IMG/VR virus record: IMGVR_UViG_3300029779_000011
Direction: 5' to 3' (one strand)
Origin: a virus
DNA length: 40,862 nucleotides
The notes below the pieces were generated by a model that searched no databases, was not told the origin of the DNA, and worked only from the letters and a program-made list of their open reading frames with translations. This document shows, one piece after another, positions 39,773 through 40,862 of this stretch. Numbering within the stretch: the first letter of the stretch is position 1; each line of letters opens with the position of its first letter. Made by a program: the position numbers and the translations under genes.

Positions 39773-40328
39773 GTTTTCCTCCACGTTCTTTTCGAATTGC
39801 ATAGAAAGTAATTGCTGAAGCCAGCGCTGAACCTACAATCAGGGCGATGCACGCCCATGCAGCTACGGACAAATCTCCATCGCGAATGAGACCTGTGTTC
39901 CGAATTTGCGCATCCGTCACAAGGCAGGCAATTAGAGAAAAGGAGAGCAGCATACAAAACAGGGCGAGAACGTAACACATTGTATGTGTAGCCCTTATCT
40001 GTGCGCTCTGCGCGGCTGTTGTTGCCGCCAGCTTGGCGTTTTCGATCTCGACATGATGAATCTGCTCGGTCAGTTCTTCCGGGCTTTCTGCGGGTTTGAC
40101 AAGCCCGCACAACTCATCCAGCGACAGCCCGAGAACGCGGCATAGCGCGGCAGAATTGTACAGTTTCGGGTCTTGCTGTGTTCCTGCGCAGAGCTTCGTC
40201 ACAGCCGATCTGGAAACGCCGGATTCTTCAACAAGCCTATCGATGGTGTAATGCTGATCTTCCTTCGCCCGCTTTATGTTACTCTGATATGCAGAAAGAT
40301 ATGGGGCGAGTTCCTGAATCGCCGACAT
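39753..40328 (-). CDS. membrane-anchored XRE-family HTH regulator
   Basis: N-terminal HTH (YTIDRLVEESGVSRSAVTKLCAG) and two C-terminal TM helices (CYVLALFCMLLSFSLIACL and AAWACIALIVGSALASAITFY). Confidence 0.75.
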   Translation of the reverse strand: MSAIQELAPYLSAYQSNIKRAKEDQHYTIDRLVEESGVSRSAVTKLCAGTQQDPKLYNSAALCRVLGLSLDELCGLVKPAESPEELTEQIHHVEIENAKLAATTAAQSAQIRATHTMCYVLALFCMLLSFSLIACLVTDAQIRNTGLIRDGDLSVAAWACIALIVGSALASAITFYAIRKERGGKHGVHQV

Positions 40329-40446
40329 GATATACCTCCATTTTCACATATATTTCGCTGATTCTTCTGCTATGGGTATGGTTTTACCAATTTGAGGGTG
40401 GACATTTCTGCCCACTTTGCTATGCTGGTTACAGGCGCGTGAGAAA

Positions 40447-40476
40447 GCCCCACCGCCGGGGGAGCGACGGTGGGGC
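40447..40476. terminator. 9-bp GC hairpin GCCCCACCG-N12-CGGTGGGGC
   Basis: Read directly. On the minus strand it is followed by TTTCTC, so it could terminate leftward transcription entering from the junction. Confidence 0.35.
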
Positions 40477-40624
40477 GATCTTAAACATTCCATTATACAA
40501 AATAGTCTGTCCCATAATTGCCGCTTACGAGGGTTACCGGACGAAGAAAATGCAAGGTGTTCTTTGTGGAAGATTCCAAATTGAAATTATCGAACGAACG
40601 TTCTAAAATATGGAGGTACACCAA

Positions 40625-40807
40625 ATGCAGAGCATCAATATTCGCTTTGAAAACGGGAAAGTAAACATCATCGTAGACGGGGCGCTTTTCAAAGACGTCC
40701 ACAGTCTGAGCCTGGACTACATCAAGGGCGCACCTATGCTCTTTGCTTGCGTCTCAGATGTAGGCGAGACACGGGAGAAGTGGAACCAATGCCCGCTGCC
40801 GAACTGA
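40625..40807 (+). CDS. hypothetical protein, 60 aa, spanning into the terminal repeat
   Basis: ATG behind GGAGG (MQSINIRFENGKVNIIVDG...). The antisense 40493..40702 ORF is less convincing. Confidence 0.5.
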   Translation: MQSINIRFENGKVNIIVDGALFKDVHSLSLDYIKGAPMLFACVSDVGETREKWNQCPLPN

Positions 40808-40862
40808 GTCACTTGATTGGCCACGAGTTACCGCAGTTCTGGCAAAGGCAGATCTTCTGGTT
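40740..40862. repeat. terminal direct repeat copy 2 (identical to 1..123)
   Basis: Read directly. Consistent with circular assembly or terminal redundancy. Confidence 0.97.

Larger units (their letters stand above)
1..40862. mobile_element. complete temperate tailed-phage genome, circularly closed (unit 40,739 bp)
   Basis: Lysogeny, recombination, packaging, head, tail and lysis modules plus attP and integrase are all present. The window ends overlap by 123 identical bases. Confidence 0.9.

Noticed and set aside
1-40862. CRISPR array, rRNA genes, transposase/IS elements
   Set aside because: No regularly spaced direct repeats, no rRNA-like sequence and no transposase-like ORF were seen on either strand.

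Overview
The window is a complete, circularly closed genome of a temperate siphovirus-type phage. Bases 1-123 repeat exactly at 40740-40862, so the unit length is 40,739 bp. The host is inferred to be Gram-positive and Clostridia-like, from strong GGAGG ribosome-binding sites, TTG/GTG starts, XhlA-type lysis genes and a tRNA-Ser attachment site. Nearly all genes are on the + strand in classic modular order:
- An unusually long genetic switch: an XRE repressor on the - strand, with Cro-like and Xis-like HTH genes on the + strand.
- Recombination and replication: Sak/Rad52-like annealase, YqaJ-like exonuclease, NinB, HNH, SSB and a DUF1376-type organiser.
- An accessory early block: radical-SAM enzyme, DUF551, ASCH, Lar-like protein, free-standing HNH homing endonuclease, divergent ThyX-like protein, RuvC-like resolvase and dUTPase.
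- A late activator, TerS/TerL, portal, and a MuF-like minor head protein with a C-terminal HExxH domain.
- Scaffold, major capsid, connectors, major tail protein, frameshifted chaperones, tape measure, Dit/Tal-like proteins and several fibre genes.
- An XhlA/holin/NlpC-P60 lysis cassette.

After a strong terminator, a consensus sigma-A promoter drives a nine-gene non-structural cassette (34532-38360). This is followed by attP (the 3' part of a tRNA-Ser(GCU) gene flanked by arm repeats), a tyrosine integrase and a membrane-anchored XRE regulator on the - strand.

The most interesting observations are:
1. The uncharacterised six-gene low-complexity / Cys-rich membrane / C1q-TNF-like block at 35527-38360.
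2. An acr-aca-like pair (a lysine-free acidic protein plus an RHH protein) behind the consensus promoter.
3. A roughly 630-bp switch region in which near-consensus promoters face each other across a GC-rich, ORF-poor, hairpin-rich core.
4. An exact 21-nt repeat, each copy followed by a hairpin, upstream of the two late operons.
5. The MuF-zincin fusion.
6. A phage radical-SAM enzyme.

All family assignments come from motif recognition by eye. No searches were run.
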